Positions 39,976 to 53,786 of a stretch of 64,000 bases of DNA are shown one piece after another; within the stretch, counting starts at the first letter, position 1; each line of letters opens with the position of its first letter. The DNA is taken from the NCBI RefSeq assembly GCF_009914755.1, contig NC_060928.1; one strand, given 5' to 3'. This DNA is from the human T2T-CHM13v2.0 reference genome, Homo sapiens. The position numbers were made by a program, and so were the translations under genes. The notes under the pieces were generated by a model, which saw only the letters and a program-made list of their open reading frames with translations, was not told the origin of the DNA and made no database searches.

Positions 39976-41549
39976 TTTATAATCAGTGACTTTGGAGTTT
40001 TTCATTATTTGTCTTATTATGACTTTTGGATGTAAACTTCTATTCAAATTCAGTTATTTCATTCACACCACAAACATTAAGCACCTATTATGTAGCAGCT
40101 AGTGGAATAGAAAAGTTGCTAAGATTAGATCCCTATTCTTAAGGAGCTCAGAGTTTACAATTTAGGTAAGAAAACCCATTTGACTTAAGAGTTTTTGCCA
40201 CAAGAACACTTAATAGCACGACTTTTTCAGTGAGTCATAATTACTGATACTCGAGTGATGACAGTAAGGCAAAAACAATATTGTGTAGTGCCTTCTGAAT
40301 AACTTATTTTACAGCTTCCACATTATAAATTTTTAAAAATCTTTAAAACTGATAACATCTTTGGCTGAATTAATACTGGTTATTTGCTTAAATAACATTG
40401 TAATCCTCAATTATATCAGAAAAGAGGCTATGACACATTAAAGAGAAAACCTATTTATTGGATTGATGGACTAAGCTTGGCATCAAGGTTATAATATGTA
40501 TTATTCCAAAAACTGGAGTCTTTGGTAGCCTGTGGAAAGGTTCATCCTATTTTTATGAATTAACTTTTTCTGAAGTTGTAACATTTATCTAAAGTTATGT
40601 GAAAAAAAGGGGCTTTGTATCTTTTTAATGAAAATGAATGGTACAAAGCAAAATAACACAAATGATTAGAAAAGTTCTATTAACAAAGAATAGTTTGCAG
40701 TGTATTACTGTTCAAATTCAGTTATAGTTACTTGAGATGAATATATGCTGCAATTTGAGCTATTTATTTTGGATAACGAATACCTTTTTAAGGAAGCCCA
40801 GGTCAAGCATCATATGTAACATGTAGTTAATATTCTCATATTGAAAGCTTGAGCTTGTATTTGTTGTTACATATTAAATGAGATAGTTCAGATGGTTGTC
40901 ACAATTGAGATTATGTGCAGGTTAGGTAGTATTTTGATCTCAGATTTTATAGAGCAGGACTAGAACCTTGGTGGCTGTTCATTTCAGCCCTCTTAAGGAT
41001 GGAGGTTAATTTTTCACAAGAAACCCCCTACTGCTATTTACCTCTCCCTTCCAAAAATGTTTTCTTAAGGGTAGTTTCAGTTCTGGATCATTATCTCATT
41101 ACACTACTTGGGAATTCTGGTACAAAATTTCAGAGGACTGTATTTACACCTCTTTAGTGTAAACACAGTTATTGTGATAATGCACACAGAAGGTATTTCT
41201 ACCCCTTCTCTAATAGGTGAGCTGATTCTTTACACACTTGGGCAGAAGTAGAATTCCCAGGAATGATGATTTACAGTGGACAGGGACCTAATGCAGCAAA
41301 GCAACCAGCAGGAATTCACAGGAATAGGCTTTGCCCCTTGACATTTAATACAGGGCAAAGTATTATCTAGTAGGTACCTGCCAAATGGAGAGTTGTACAG
41401 TTTTACGGAAGTCAATCACAATCTTCAAATCGGATATTCTGTCCAGGTGGGATGCCATAAGATGTGACAGACATTCCCTGAATCTTCGTTCCTGATTCTA
41501 AAATATGATTTTAAAGCTGTTATGTATTACAAAGAATGACAAGCAGCAG

Positions 41550-44155
41550 TTAAAAATATTTAGTAAACCCAGTTTATTTACATAATACATATTTTGTCAT
41601 GCAGCTTACTGAATTGCAGTTAGTGTAATAACAAAAAAAGACAAGCACTGTCTTGCTATTTGAAAATGGCTTAATATAGAAAGATAATTGTTTCTTAAAT
41701 GAGTTAACCACAACCATATAAATTGCTAGACAATTTAAAACAGCCATAGATAATTTTAAAATGTAAAATCTGTAGGCAAAAAGCTTTTATAGTTCACACA
41801 TTGGTAAAATTAAAACCAGTCTTTTTTAGTAATAAAACTGGATAGTATATTTTAATCTTACTTTAATCTATAAAAACAAAAATAACTTAAATATACATCA
41901 TTACAAGGCTCAGATTTGTAGACAACTTTAAAATATTTTTTAATGTTAACAATGTCTTCAAAATTTTACCAGTAGTGCTGTGCACACAGTAGGTGGTCAT
42001 TAAATGCTGACTGACATACAGAAGTGTTTCTAGTTAACAGCAATCCATATTCATTCATTCATTCCCTATTTTATAATAAATATATCATAGCAGTGAAAAA
42101 ATGAGAGGATAACTTTCTTACAATATTTAACATTTTCATACAGAGTTGAAATGTTTACATGGAATAATTTTCCCTACAGAAAGACCTGTACACCCTTTAA
42201 ATTCAAAGAAACACGGATTTAAAAACACAGTATACTCTTTTCATGTTATTAATTCAAATGGCAAGTATGTATTCATATACTAATACAGGGACTGCAAAAA
42301 TTGAAATGATTCAATGTTTTTTTATTTTGAGAAAGTTTTATAATAAAAATGGCTCCACACCTAAAATAATGATTTTCCCCTCATTTTTAACTTAAGTGTA
42401 ACTACTCAGTGTCTTTTGTTTGGCCAAAATGACAAAATATCTATTAAAAGGCAATAAAATCATGTAAGCCAATAAGGGATGTTCTAGGAGAAATATATCC
42501 TACTACTGTTGCACCAAAATCTTCTATCACTTAACATATGGATCAAAATTTTAACCTTATAAGGTAAAACAGCCATTTTCAAAGCAGCCTTCCATCATAA
42601 CGATGGGTAAGACACGGTATTCCTTTACTGAGCCTCCTGGGGGGAAATTCTCTTTGCTGAGATACTATACTAGCATGGGGAATTTATATTCCAAAAACAC
42701 TACACTGGAAAAGAAACACAACATTTTACTGATGTATTAACTGAGGCACATTAGTGACTTTCCAAGTATCATATGCACAAAAGGCATTTTGGGAATAAGC
42801 TTCATCATCAATTAACATTTTTTCTGATATTCAGTAATTTTACTGTTCTGAAAATACACCAGTATTTAAAACAGCTCATGTCAACTCATGAAGAAACTTG
42901 GGTAATATTTTATACTCCAATAAACAATGTAAGTTTTTATGAATGTCTACTTTAAGGGATTTAACTAATGCATATGAAAGACCAAAGAATAAGAGGGCTA
43001 CAATGTATGATAGGGCAGTGAGTTCTATTTTTTAAGTATATACAATAAAAAGAAAGTTTAATGCTTCAGGCCCAAATATTAAGTGTTTATCAAGATTCTG
43101 AGTTATCAATGCAATGCTAACACATGCAGAAACCGAGGACCAGAGCACAGGTGAATAAGATTATTATCAAATGGGGCATCTGCATGACTTTGTTCTAAGG
43201 CTTAAGGTTCATTTCAGGGTCAAGACAGGGCCATCTAGATTCTATGGCCTTGCAAGTAGCACCCACAATGCTGGGAACCCCCACCACTGGGATATTCAGG
43301 ACTACAAATTCAGAGAGTTGAAAGCTCTGGAATTTTGGGATCAAAAACCTGTAATCCACTCACAAGAATTCAGTTATTATATGGAATTAAATAATATCTG
43401 GAATTAAAATGTTTAGGTGGCTAATGACTATATTATTTGACCACATAATTTGTTGTCTAATCTTGTACTTAGTTTCTAATGTGATTCTTATCTGATAGAA
43501 AATGAGAAGTTCTTTTCCTCTTCTCAACCCTTCTCTCAACTTACTGCAGAAGTTTAAAGCTTTTGTTCTGGAAAACTAAAATATCTAATGTTCTTAGGGA
43601 GAGAAGAACCTATAGCTAAAGGATATAATATCTGAAGTGCCAGTTTCTCACAAATCATTTTAGTGATTATTTAAATCTAGTGATTTTAGTGATTATTTAA
43701 AATCACTATCCTAGCTTGCATTAAGCATAGGCTGAAACAACACTTGCCTTGATTAGGCACTTAAACTTGACAATTAACTGAAAATAATTAAGCACATAAG
43801 ATGACTCCATTTTCTAATGGACATGAGCCCTTCCTAAGGAAATTAAGCTGGTGCTAAGTAAAATGAATCCTATTTCAACACTAGTTTCCCATTCATCGTT
43901 GTTATTCAGATGTTTCTTATGATTGCCAACTAATTTTCACTTTCTGTACAAGCAGCAAATTAGTAGTTTTAAGGATTTTGTAAAGCAGTTATTACTACAG
44001 ATCCTTAAGTATACTTTTTTTCCCATTTTTATAAAGCATTACTCATATTAAAAAGGAAAAAGGGAAAACTAATGGGAATCTTAGAAATAGTGGGGTATAC
44101 AATTCCCCATTATATATTGCTTAACAACTGAATTCACCAGGTGGCCATACCTAAT
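41550..44155 (-). other. PAQR3: PAQR3 3' UTR (end inferred)
   Basis: Follows the TGA; minus-strand AATAAA at 41578-41573. Confidence 0.6.
41573..41578 (-). terminator. Likely PAQR3 poly(A) signal
   Basis: TTTATT on + strand (AATAAA on -), with UGUA just upstream in the transcript. Confidence 0.55.
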
Positions 44156-44298
44156 TCACAAATGTGAAACATAGTCAGGACAAGGCTTGCTATGTCTGTA
44201 CTGCATGACATACACTGTTGACTGATGCCACCAATATAACATCACTACTGCAAGGATATGCCATATTTGGTGGCTTGATCCGAGGTAGTTTAGTTGTC
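44156..44298 (-). CDS. PAQR3: PAQR3 exon 6: (G)QLNYLGSSHQIWHILAVVMLYWWHQSTVYVMQYRHSKPCPDYVSHL*
   Basis: Acceptor CTTTCCAG, 143 nt, TGA at 44158-44156; HxxxH motif; the six exons sum to 936 nt. Confidence 0.96.
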
Positions 44299-46642
44299 CT
44301 GGAAAGAAGGTAGAAAGAAAATGATAATGATTTCAATATGTTGACATTAAAGGAAAAATATATTTCTTGGAAGTATAGCTTAGCAGAAAAATTTTCATAG
44401 TCTCAGAGTGCCTAGAGACTAACTGGAAGCTCCAAACGTTTTTAGAAATGGATCAATTCATATTTGGGTCTAATTTTAAGGTTTTATTTATTAAGTACAC
44501 AGGTAAACTTTAGAAATGCTATTCCAAGTGTGTTTTCAAAATCTAACTTAATTTCAGGAATTTGACCTTATGCCTCCCACATCTCAACTCACATTTGATG
44601 GAATGAACAACAACAAAAAATTATTGAGAGAGGCAAAAGAAACCAGATGTTAAAAATCATGGTGTGATTTAGGTATAAATCCGCGAGAAGGAGATATACT
44701 GCTGGGTTTAGATATAAACCTATTAGAAGCACTTTTTATTTCAAGCAGGTGTGCAAAGAAAAAGTGCTGACCTGAATTCTGTGCTCTCTAACTAATGGAA
44801 TAATCTGCAGGATGTAATTAGTAATGGATTAATTAACTAAGGTTGTTTAGTTCATATACAACTTAAGAGAACAATTTAATCTCTTTGTGGTCAAATGTTA
44901 AATTCTGAGAAGATTAAACAATTAACATACGGAAAACTTCTTGATCTCTCTCAGTAAATAAAATACAGAGCTATAATAATTTCAATGTAAATAACATACT
45001 CATGGTGCTTCTATGGTCATATAATGTAAATATTCTCTAACCTCTCTTTTTTCTTACCAATCAGTACAGTACATAGATTTTAAAGTGTATATCAATAAGA
45101 TTCTTAGCCTTTTTTGTACCATGGACGCCTCTGGCAGTCTAGTGAAGCCTACAGACCCATTTTTTTAAAAAACAAAACACAGAGGATTACAACAAATATT
45201 GATTATCTAATACAACTATCAGAGATCCACTCAATTCTATCCATGGACACCTTGGGGACCCTTGGACCCATCAAATGCCACTGTGTTGTGTATACATTTT
45301 TAAACATTCAACCTGAGCTGAATGAAAGCTTTTAGTTTAAAATTTATTTTATTTCCCAGTGGCCAGGTCATACATGAGGACTTGCCAGAGATAGTTTCTA
45401 AGGCATTTATATATGAACATTTGAGACTATCACTTTTCACTGGAAAGACTTAATTTTTTAGTTTCCATATCTCCACTGCTCTCATGTACCCAAACTCAAT
45501 ATGCTCTGCTACATAGGGCACATTTTATGTCAAGTGTGTCTTGGGGAAGGTTAAGTTACAATAAGTTTGATTGTTTATATATGTCCTATATTAAACAATT
45601 GGTAACTCCTGATCTGAATATTTTAAGGCCTAAAACCCACTATGGTCATAATCACATAGAGAATTTTCATGGTTTAGTGTTCTACTTGTCTTGCTATAAA
45701 GAAAATACAGAATTTTAAAAAGAATTATTAATAAAGTGATACAAAAATATATTTTACCAGAATTGTTTTCTGTAATTCTGGCCCTGCCTGGAAGATGGGT
45801 GGTCTTCAATTCAGTGGCATGTCCTAGATCTGTTCCCAAATCCTCATGTTTACAACGCAGGTTTTCCCTTGTATTTCCATTCTTATTTAAAGCTCAGTGG
45901 TGAAAAACCAAGTACACAAAGGAATGCCTGAGGATCTGTGGGATGGATTGTTTAGGCCAGGGTTTCTCACCCTTTCTTCTTTCCCAACACACGTGACGAG
46001 TGGTACAATCCCTTCTCTGATTCACCGTGGAAGTGATTCTTAACCCAGGAAGAAGAGGGGATAAATTTGCAGTTTAGATTTAAACTGCTCCCTGACTCAT
46101 AGCTCTCCAAACTGAAAAAAAACATCAGTTTTATGTACTCTAAATGTTATTTCTGACCCATGCCAAAACTTACCTGGATTTGCATCACTTTGTCTCTTAC
46201 TAAACCACATATTTCACTTATAAGACCAGGGCTGGGGGACATAGTAATAATTGCTGTCATTTATTCAGTCCCTACTAATTGCTAGAAACTTGGTTACATG
46301 ATATGTGCATTTTCTCATCTAACCCTCATTAAACTGTGTTACATGCATTTTCTCATCTAATCCTTACCCTAACCCTGGGGGGAAAAAAAAGTATTTCCAT
46401 GTTTTAGATAGGAAAACTGGAGCTGAGAGCACTTAAGTAACTTACTTAGCCCACGTAACTAGAAAGTGGTTGATGTGGGTCTTGAACCCAAGCAGTCTGA
46501 CTCCAGAGCTAAAGTTCTCAAACAAGCAAATACAGGTTTTGGAGACTGTTGTTCACTCCACCCAGTGTCCTCTTAGTTATTTTCCATCTGAAAATATTTT
46601 CTTTGGAATGAAGAACAAAAAAATCTATTGGCTTGTGTATCT

Positions 46643-46945
46643 TGGAAACACAAAGACTCTTAACTTTCACTATTTTCTTCCTAGTGCTGGGTGCCAGGAA
46701 GCCTAAAGCCAGCTTTGTCACCATTATCTATTTTATAGACCCTTTTGATGTACATATTGTGAAGTGATCCTACATCTCACTTCTTTTCACTTTTTCTGGA
46801 AACATAAAGACTCTTAACTTTCACTATTTTCTTCCTAGTGCTGGGTGCCAGGAAGCCTAAAGCCAGCTTTGTCACCTTTATCTTTTTTATAGACCCCTTC
46901 GATGTACATATTGTGAAGTGATCCTACACCTCACTTCTTTTCACT
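46643..46945. repeat. Tandem duplication, period 154 bp, two copies
   Basis: TGGAAACA(C/T)AAAGACTCTT...CTCACTTCTTTTCACT begins at 46643 and again at 46797, with few mismatches. Confidence 0.95.
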
Positions 46946-46948
46946 ATC

Positions 46949-47067
46949 TTTTTTTTTTATTATTATACTTTAAGTTCTAGGGTACATGTACACAACGTGC
47001 AGGTTTGTTACATATGTATACAAGTGACATGTTGGTGTGCTGCACCCATTAACTCGTCATTTACATT
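46949..47067 (-). mobile_element. L1PA 3'-end fragment (~120 bp)
   Basis: Poly(T)-ATTATTATACTTTAAGTTCTAGGGTACATG..CACAACGTGCAGGTTTGTTAC...CACCCATTAACTCGTCATTTACATT. Confidence 0.92.
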
Positions 47068-47473
47068 TTCTTACTGTCCTTTGCTTATTTCTTGCTTTAT
47101 ATATCTCTGCATATATAAATTACTTTTAAAGAACCAGCTGGCATATAGAGAAGTAAATGGTAGTTGACGGTGTTCTACTTTTTAAAAGAAATAGTGCTTG
47201 GGAGTCAGAAGACTCAAAGTCTAATGTCAGCTTTGTCACTAGTTCATAACCATAAAACAGTGACAACACCACCTACTGGACTCAACTCACATGATCAGGA
47301 TGAAAGGAAAAGTGAAAGCCCTTTGAAAGTTTTAGGTAACATTTGGAAAGAGAGGAATCATTTCCATAATCAATAATATTAAAAAATGAAACTAAGTTTT
47401 GATGCTCTGATGCATATACCTTGGGCATATATTTAGACTAACAATACAAAACTGCTATAAAAGAGATACCTAC

Positions 47474-47564
47474 CTGGAAAGTACCGCTCTGGGACTTTGG
47501 AAATGTAGAATAGGAAAGCAAGAAGAGCAATCATATACATCACAATTACACGGGGTGCAAAGTC
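47474..47564 (-). CDS. PAQR3: PAQR3 exon 5: DFAPRVIVMYMIALLAFLFYISKVPERYFP(G)
   Basis: TTTTCAG acceptor, GTAGGT donor, 91 nt; PERxxPG family motif. Confidence 0.96.
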
Positions 47565-48129
47565 CTGAAAAGCAGAACATGTTTTTTTACAGATCTTCCT
47601 ACTGTTACTGAACTCTAAATTTATTATGAATCTAATAGTGGGATTTAAGATTGTTAAATCTGAACTGTTTTGCAGACTGTCTCCAATAATAGAAACCTTG
47701 TCCTCACATGCAGGAAGCAGCCTGCAAGAATGGAGCACAGAGAATGCTCTAACGGTCAGGCTCCTAAAGGGGCTAGAGCTTTAACATGCTGAAGTTCCTA
47801 AGGGCATCCAACTCCATCTACAATGTAGGTATATGTGTAGAATGCATATGGAAATGGAGTTGGCAGGTAAATAAGCAAAGACACTGAAGACCAGGAACTT
47901 ATGGCTGGAAAAGACCTAAGGGGTCTCCCCAGACAGAAATCTGTTCCAATATCCCAGATAAATGGTCCTCTTGAATACTACTATATGAAGCACTTTGTCT
48001 CACTGCTGACACAGTATTGAGAAGACTTTCCTGGCCCTGAGAAAATCCAGCAAGCTATCCTTATACATATTGTTCCTAATACTGGTTATAAACCTAATTT
48101 AGCAAGAACTCATTTAAGAAATAAGGACA

Positions 48130-48470
48130 GGCTTGGTGCATGGCTCATGCCTGTAATCCTACCACTTTGGGAGGCTTTGGCAGAAGGATCGCTTGATGAC
48201 AGGAGTTCAAAACTAGCCTGAGCAACACAGTAAGACCCCTCTCTCTACAATTATTATTATTTTTTAATTAGCTGAAGACAGGAGTTCAAAACTAGCCTGG
48301 GTAACATAGTAAGACACCTCTCTCTACAGTTGTTTTTTTTTTTTTTAATTAGCTGGGCATGGTGGTGCACACCTATAGTCCTAACTACTTAGGAGGCTGA
48401 GGTGGGACGACTGCTTGAGCCGAGGAGTTTGAAGGCAATAGAGAGAGACTCTGTTTCAAAGAAATAAAAT
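48130..48470 (+). mobile_element. AluJ-like element with an internal ~79-bp tandem duplication
   Basis: GACAGGAGTTCAAAACTAGCCTG...AATTAGCTG occurs at 48198 and 48277. Confidence 0.85.
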
Positions 48471-50137
48471 GTAAAGACAAATTTCTCCTTCCTCTTCAAA
48501 TATGAGAATCATCATAGCCCTCCCTAACTCCTATATTTTTTAGATTAATCAAACTCAGATTTCTCAAACATTCTAGAACACAACTTGATCTTGCCTCCCA
48601 AGATTAACCCTTCCAGAACTTTTTAACTTTGTTAAAGTGCCTGTCTTTCCATCTTTTTAAAATAGAGCTTATCAAAGAATTTCTGTGAAAGTTTCCCTTT
48701 GCTTCCTCACCGGAATGATCTGTGATCACATTAGGATTCCATCTTTGAAAACTACTATCTAAGCCATCTTTCCATTTTAAGATTTCTGAATACAAAAAAA
48801 AAATCCCTTTTTCTTAATTTCTCTAAAATTCACTGACTTAATGGGTCTTATTCTTTTTGTCATTATAAGCTCAAAAGGAATGTGTTTATCAAATCTAGAA
48901 ATTTTGGTCACTTCTGTATCAACAACCAATTATTCCAGCTGGAATTTATCTACAGTGGCAGTTCCCCATTTCATTTTCTTATTATAAAGGAATCAAAATT
49001 GTCAGAAAGATGTTTTCACAGATAGGAGGATTCCTGATGTCCCTCATCATTACTGTCTCACCTTTCTCCCAATATCCTAATTTATGAAGACATCATCACC
49101 CTTGTCCTCACATTGGCCAAGTAGCCAGATTATATCACTCAATTCACTCTGTCACAGAACTTCCTTTCTTTTCAGCTGTACACCCAACTGTTTTCTACTA
49201 TGCTGCTGCCAACTTCATGCAAATAAATGTAGGCCCACTAATGGTCCCTCCTCTTCTAATAAAATCTGATTCTTTTGAATGAAACCCCCCTTTAAAGTCA
49301 CACATTCTAGACAAAGGTACCATTGCAATGAGTATATGTGATTTCTGTCAGATTTCTTGGCCTATTTACTTGTATTAAAAATTCTCAAGTTTACTCTCTA
49401 GTGCATATGTACAGCATTTTTGTAATGATCTCTAAAAATGTAAGTCTTATTTCTAATCCTTTTCTCAAGAATCCTGAGTTCTCACTGAGACTCTTCCTAA
49501 TGCACATCAACTGTTCCCCCATAATACCTGATTCTAACAAATAGCTCTTCTTTTATTTCTCAATATATTCTCCTTGGTGGATTGAACATGCTTCCCTGGC
49601 TCCAGCTACCAATACAATGATGATTTCCAAATCTTTATTGCCAGTCTCAAACTCTGGCTGAAATCCCAGATCCTATCTCTACCTTTACATCCAATGGGTA
49701 CCCCACACTCATCGGGTCCAACAAAAAAAATCCTTCCCAACCTCCCTTCACCCCCTAAAAGATCAACTGCTCCTATTTCTATACTTGCGTTATCATTGGC
49801 ATTATCACTGATCCCGCAGACAAAGCTAGAAACTTTGGAGTCCTCCTCCACAAATAAGGACTTGGGTATTTATATACTAAGGGTAATAGAGAATAATAAT
49901 GTATTTTTTTTTACAGAAAGACAACTCAGAGAAAATCAGTATTCAGATTTTACCTCGACTTCTGCAAGGTATGCTTATTTATATGGCTGTGAAAATTACG
50001 GCATCAACATGCAATTACAAATATGTTCTCAAATGACAAACATCTACCCACTTGGCCTGATTATACTACTTTACCCAAAAGGAATAAAATTGAAAGGAAA
50101 AAAAAAAAGAGAAAAATATTAACTACACTCAACCTAC

Positions 50138-50335
50138 CTGTACAATAGGAGCACCAATTCCTCCATTGAGCCAAACCCAGTGAAGAGTAGGAATCACTCC
50201 ATATCCCGAAACAGAACAAAAGATGATAGAACGGAGCCTTTGCCATTGCTGCGTGAGGTAATTGGGATGAATCTGCGCAAAGAACACTGCCAGGATCATA
50301 GCAAGCACTGTGATCAAGTACACCTGACGCCAGTA
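50138..50335 (-). CDS. PAQR3: PAQR3 exon 4: YWRQVYLITVLAMILAVFFAQ...GGIGAPIVQ
   Basis: TTCTAG acceptor, GTAGGT donor, 198 nt in frame; hydrophobic segments. Confidence 0.96.
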
Positions 50336-52264
50336 CTAGAATGAAAGGAAATCACATTTTAATTCTGTTATTAACAATAAAGGAACTGAAAAAGTAATTT
50401 TGGCTTTTACACTACAAATTCCAAAGTCTATTTACTTGGTATTTGCATTTCAAAATAGGATTATCTCCCTTCATTAAAAAATATGTTCCATACAACTTTT
50501 AGGTTTGTCAGAATGACAAACCAAATTCTAAAGTGAGCTGGTAAAATACTACATTTATTCATACAAAAGCATTTTCTGATTACCTATTATCTGCCAGGCA
50601 CAGTTCAAGTCCTATAAAAGCAAAGATGACTATGACATGGACTCTCCCAGCAGTCAGCTCACAGACTATGGGAGGGGCAGAATGTGAACAAAAGATTATA
50701 ATCTTATGGTAGATACCGTAATTGAGGAACAGAACATTGTAGAACCACAGAAGAGGGAACAATTAACTTTACTTGGGGTAGCTAAAAAATGCTTCACAGA
50801 GATGACATCTAAGATTTTGTGGGAAGACAGAGCTCTCAAGGAAAGAGAACAGCAAATGCAGCAGGAAGTTTTGAGAAAAAAGGCTAAAAAGGCATACTGT
50901 TAGGCTAAATGTTTTGAACTTTACCACACTGGCACTGGAGGAATAACAGAATTCTTTAAGAATAGGATGACATGGCTGTCTTTCAAACAGACTTATTAGA
51001 AAGACAACTCTGACATCAGTGCAGAAAATAGGTGACAGGAAACCAGCTAGAAAGATACTAGTTTAGTTTATTCAAAGAGAGAGTGGGGGCTTGGACTCCT
51101 GTTGAATAAAGTAGATGTGAGCACCAGATTTAGGAGGCATTTTTGAAATAAGCTTAAGTCTTAATGGCTGACTGGCTGTGTGAGAGGGCAGTAGAGGAAA
51201 GCCTGACTGTTTTTGGCCTGAAAGGCCACATAAATGGCTTCTATTAATGAAGCAAATGAACAAAGATGTTCCAGTTTTGCTGTGTGTGTGATGGGGGAAG
51301 AGAACAGGGGCATGAAAGAACACACACTTCGCTTAGGTTTGAAGGGCTTATGGGATATGCAGGTATTTAAATAAGCAGTTAGCTGGTCTTAAAGTCAAAA
51401 GTCACGTAAGACAAGAGTTCTTAATCTGGGCTCCAAGGACTTCTTTGGGGCTATTAACTTTCTGAAATCAAATGTCAGACTGTTTAGGGTGTGCGCAAAA
51501 GTGCATTCTACTGGATCTAGGGTCCACAGTTTCCAATCTCATTCTGAAAGCAGCTGTGTTCCTTAAAAGGTAAAACGAGTCTTTTATAGGTCTACAGCAA
51601 CTGAGTGTTTGAAAATGATTAGAAACCAGATGGAAGAAAGCAATTTTTCAACGATCATGGACTGACTCTATCAGCTTCAGCAGTTCCCTTATCTTTTTAA
51701 TCTATCTTGGACTTTTAGTTTTTCTGGTAAGAGATTTACAAAAAGTATCTCACTTTGACATTTAGCAAGAGGTAAACAGAAAACAGTTTCAGAGAAATAC
51801 AGAATAAGATAAGCAAAACAATTCAAATATTACATGGCTGTACTCACAAGCACCTGGTTATTAGTATGTTCTAATTTTTTTTAAAGATATAAACAGTTTC
51901 ATGCAAAATGAGTAAGTTATGAAAGCTGGGCAGAAATAAATAGCATACTGCTAAAATCAAGTCAATTTACAACAAGGTTACCTGCATATATTTTTAATTA
52001 TGTGCTTATGTTCCAAAGTGATTAGGCCTAAAAAGCAAAAAGCAAATGGCTCGCGTTTAAGTGGCTAAAATTAATAATGTTCTTACGTATTCAAATCAAA
52101 TTTATGATTTTTCTCTTCACTAATTTTCATACCAGATATGTTGACAGTATTCTCTGTTATTGTGTAGAGACAAAGGTCCTACTGAAAAATCCCAAGCAAT
52201 GTGAGAAATTCTACACTGCGGCCGATCTTCCCAATAAGTGAAGTCTGGGGACTGTGCCTTAGAG

Positions 52265-52779
52265 CAGTGGTCTCCAGCGTTTCTGGCACCAGGGACTGGT
52301 TTTGTGGAAGACAATTTTTCCATGGATCATGGTGCGGGGAGGCAGGCAGAGATGGTTTCGGGATAATTCAAGTGCATTACATTTATTGTGCACTTTATTT
52401 CTATTATTATTACATTGTAATATATAATAATTATACAACTCACCATAATGTAGAATCACTGGGAGCCCTGGGCTTGTTTTCCTGCAACTAGACGGTCCCC
52501 CTCTGGGGGTGATGGGAGACAGTGACAGATCATCAAGCATTACATTGCACAACCTAAATCCTTTGCATGTGCAGTTCACAATAGGGTTCGCGCTGCTGTG
52601 AGAATCTAACGCTGCTGCTGATCTGACAGGAGGCAGAGCTCAGGTGGTAACGCGAGCCATGGGGAGTGGCTGTAAATACGTATGAAACTTCCCTGGCTCG
52701 CTGGCCCACTGCTCACCTCCTGCTGCATGGCCTGGTTCCTAACAGGCCACGGACAGCTTCTGGGGGTTGGTGACCCCTT
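52265..52779. mobile_element. MER1A (hAT-Charlie)
   Basis: CAGTGGTCTCCAGC...GTTGGTGACCCCTT, perfect 8-bp TSD CCTTAGAG (52257-52264, 52780-52787), ~515 bp. Confidence 0.9.
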
Positions 52780-53786
52780 CCTTAGAGCACCTGTTACATG
52801 GTGGGCCTTGGGCAGGACAGGCTCTATTCTTTGTAACTAGGACTAGAAATAACTAGTAGGTATACTGCTCCTGAGGGAGAAGCTCAGTCTTGGTTCTGAA
52901 AGGGAGGTAACTAAAAGGGCAAAAGAAAAAACAAGGGCATGGTAGAAAAACAGGAAGAAAACAAAGTAGGGTCGAAGGGGACTTTCTGAAAGGGAGAACT
53001 TGAGATGTACTGAAACCATGGGAACATTGAATTTGTCTTCTTGGCTGGAACATGAGGTGATGAGTTAAGGGTTCTACTCCGTAAGGTTTGGTTGGCCAAT
53101 ATTTTTAGGTCAGGTGCTGTATTATCTGATTACAGTGTTGCAAATGCTGCTTTGCACAAGGCAAAAACTGACTTTTGTGTGAACTTAGTGACAGAAAGCA
53201 GAGTTGATCCAGAATTCAGAAAAGACACATCTCACATTTGTTAAAGACACTGACTCCTATCTGGTCTGTCTTACAAGCCTACCCCCAAACATAAGACTGA
53301 AGACAGGAAAACATATTTTACAGAAGAATATGGGCTAATAAATTCAGATATATTTTCCTGTATTTTTTTTCACTGAGAGGAGAAAAAAGAAATGGTAAGC
53401 AGTAACCAACTTCATAATTTTAACAAGTGTTAATTTTAACTTCAATTCTATAAACACACAAATAAAAGATATATAATGTGCATATCTGAGGAACCACGCA
53501 GCCATATAGATTTAGTGAAAACATTAATAATTTAATGTCTACATTAAGTTTCAGAAAATAACTGTATATATATTTTCCAATAGAAAATTAGTAAAGTAAG
53601 TATGGAACTGATAACAGATGTTAGAGATGACAGGGCCATTCTGAAAAATAAGTTTATGCTTATACGAGACTCTTCTATTTAGTCTATAAGTTAATTATGT
53701 ACTTATTCAGAAATTCAAAAGAACCAAGGCAAGAAAACCCAAGACCAATATGAAAGGTCGAATGTAAAATGTTTTCATCTACTTAC

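Noticed and set aside
49694-50122. 142-aa + strand ORF antisense to PAQR3 intron 4
   Set aside because: Starts in L2-like sequence and has no splice context or recognisable domain.
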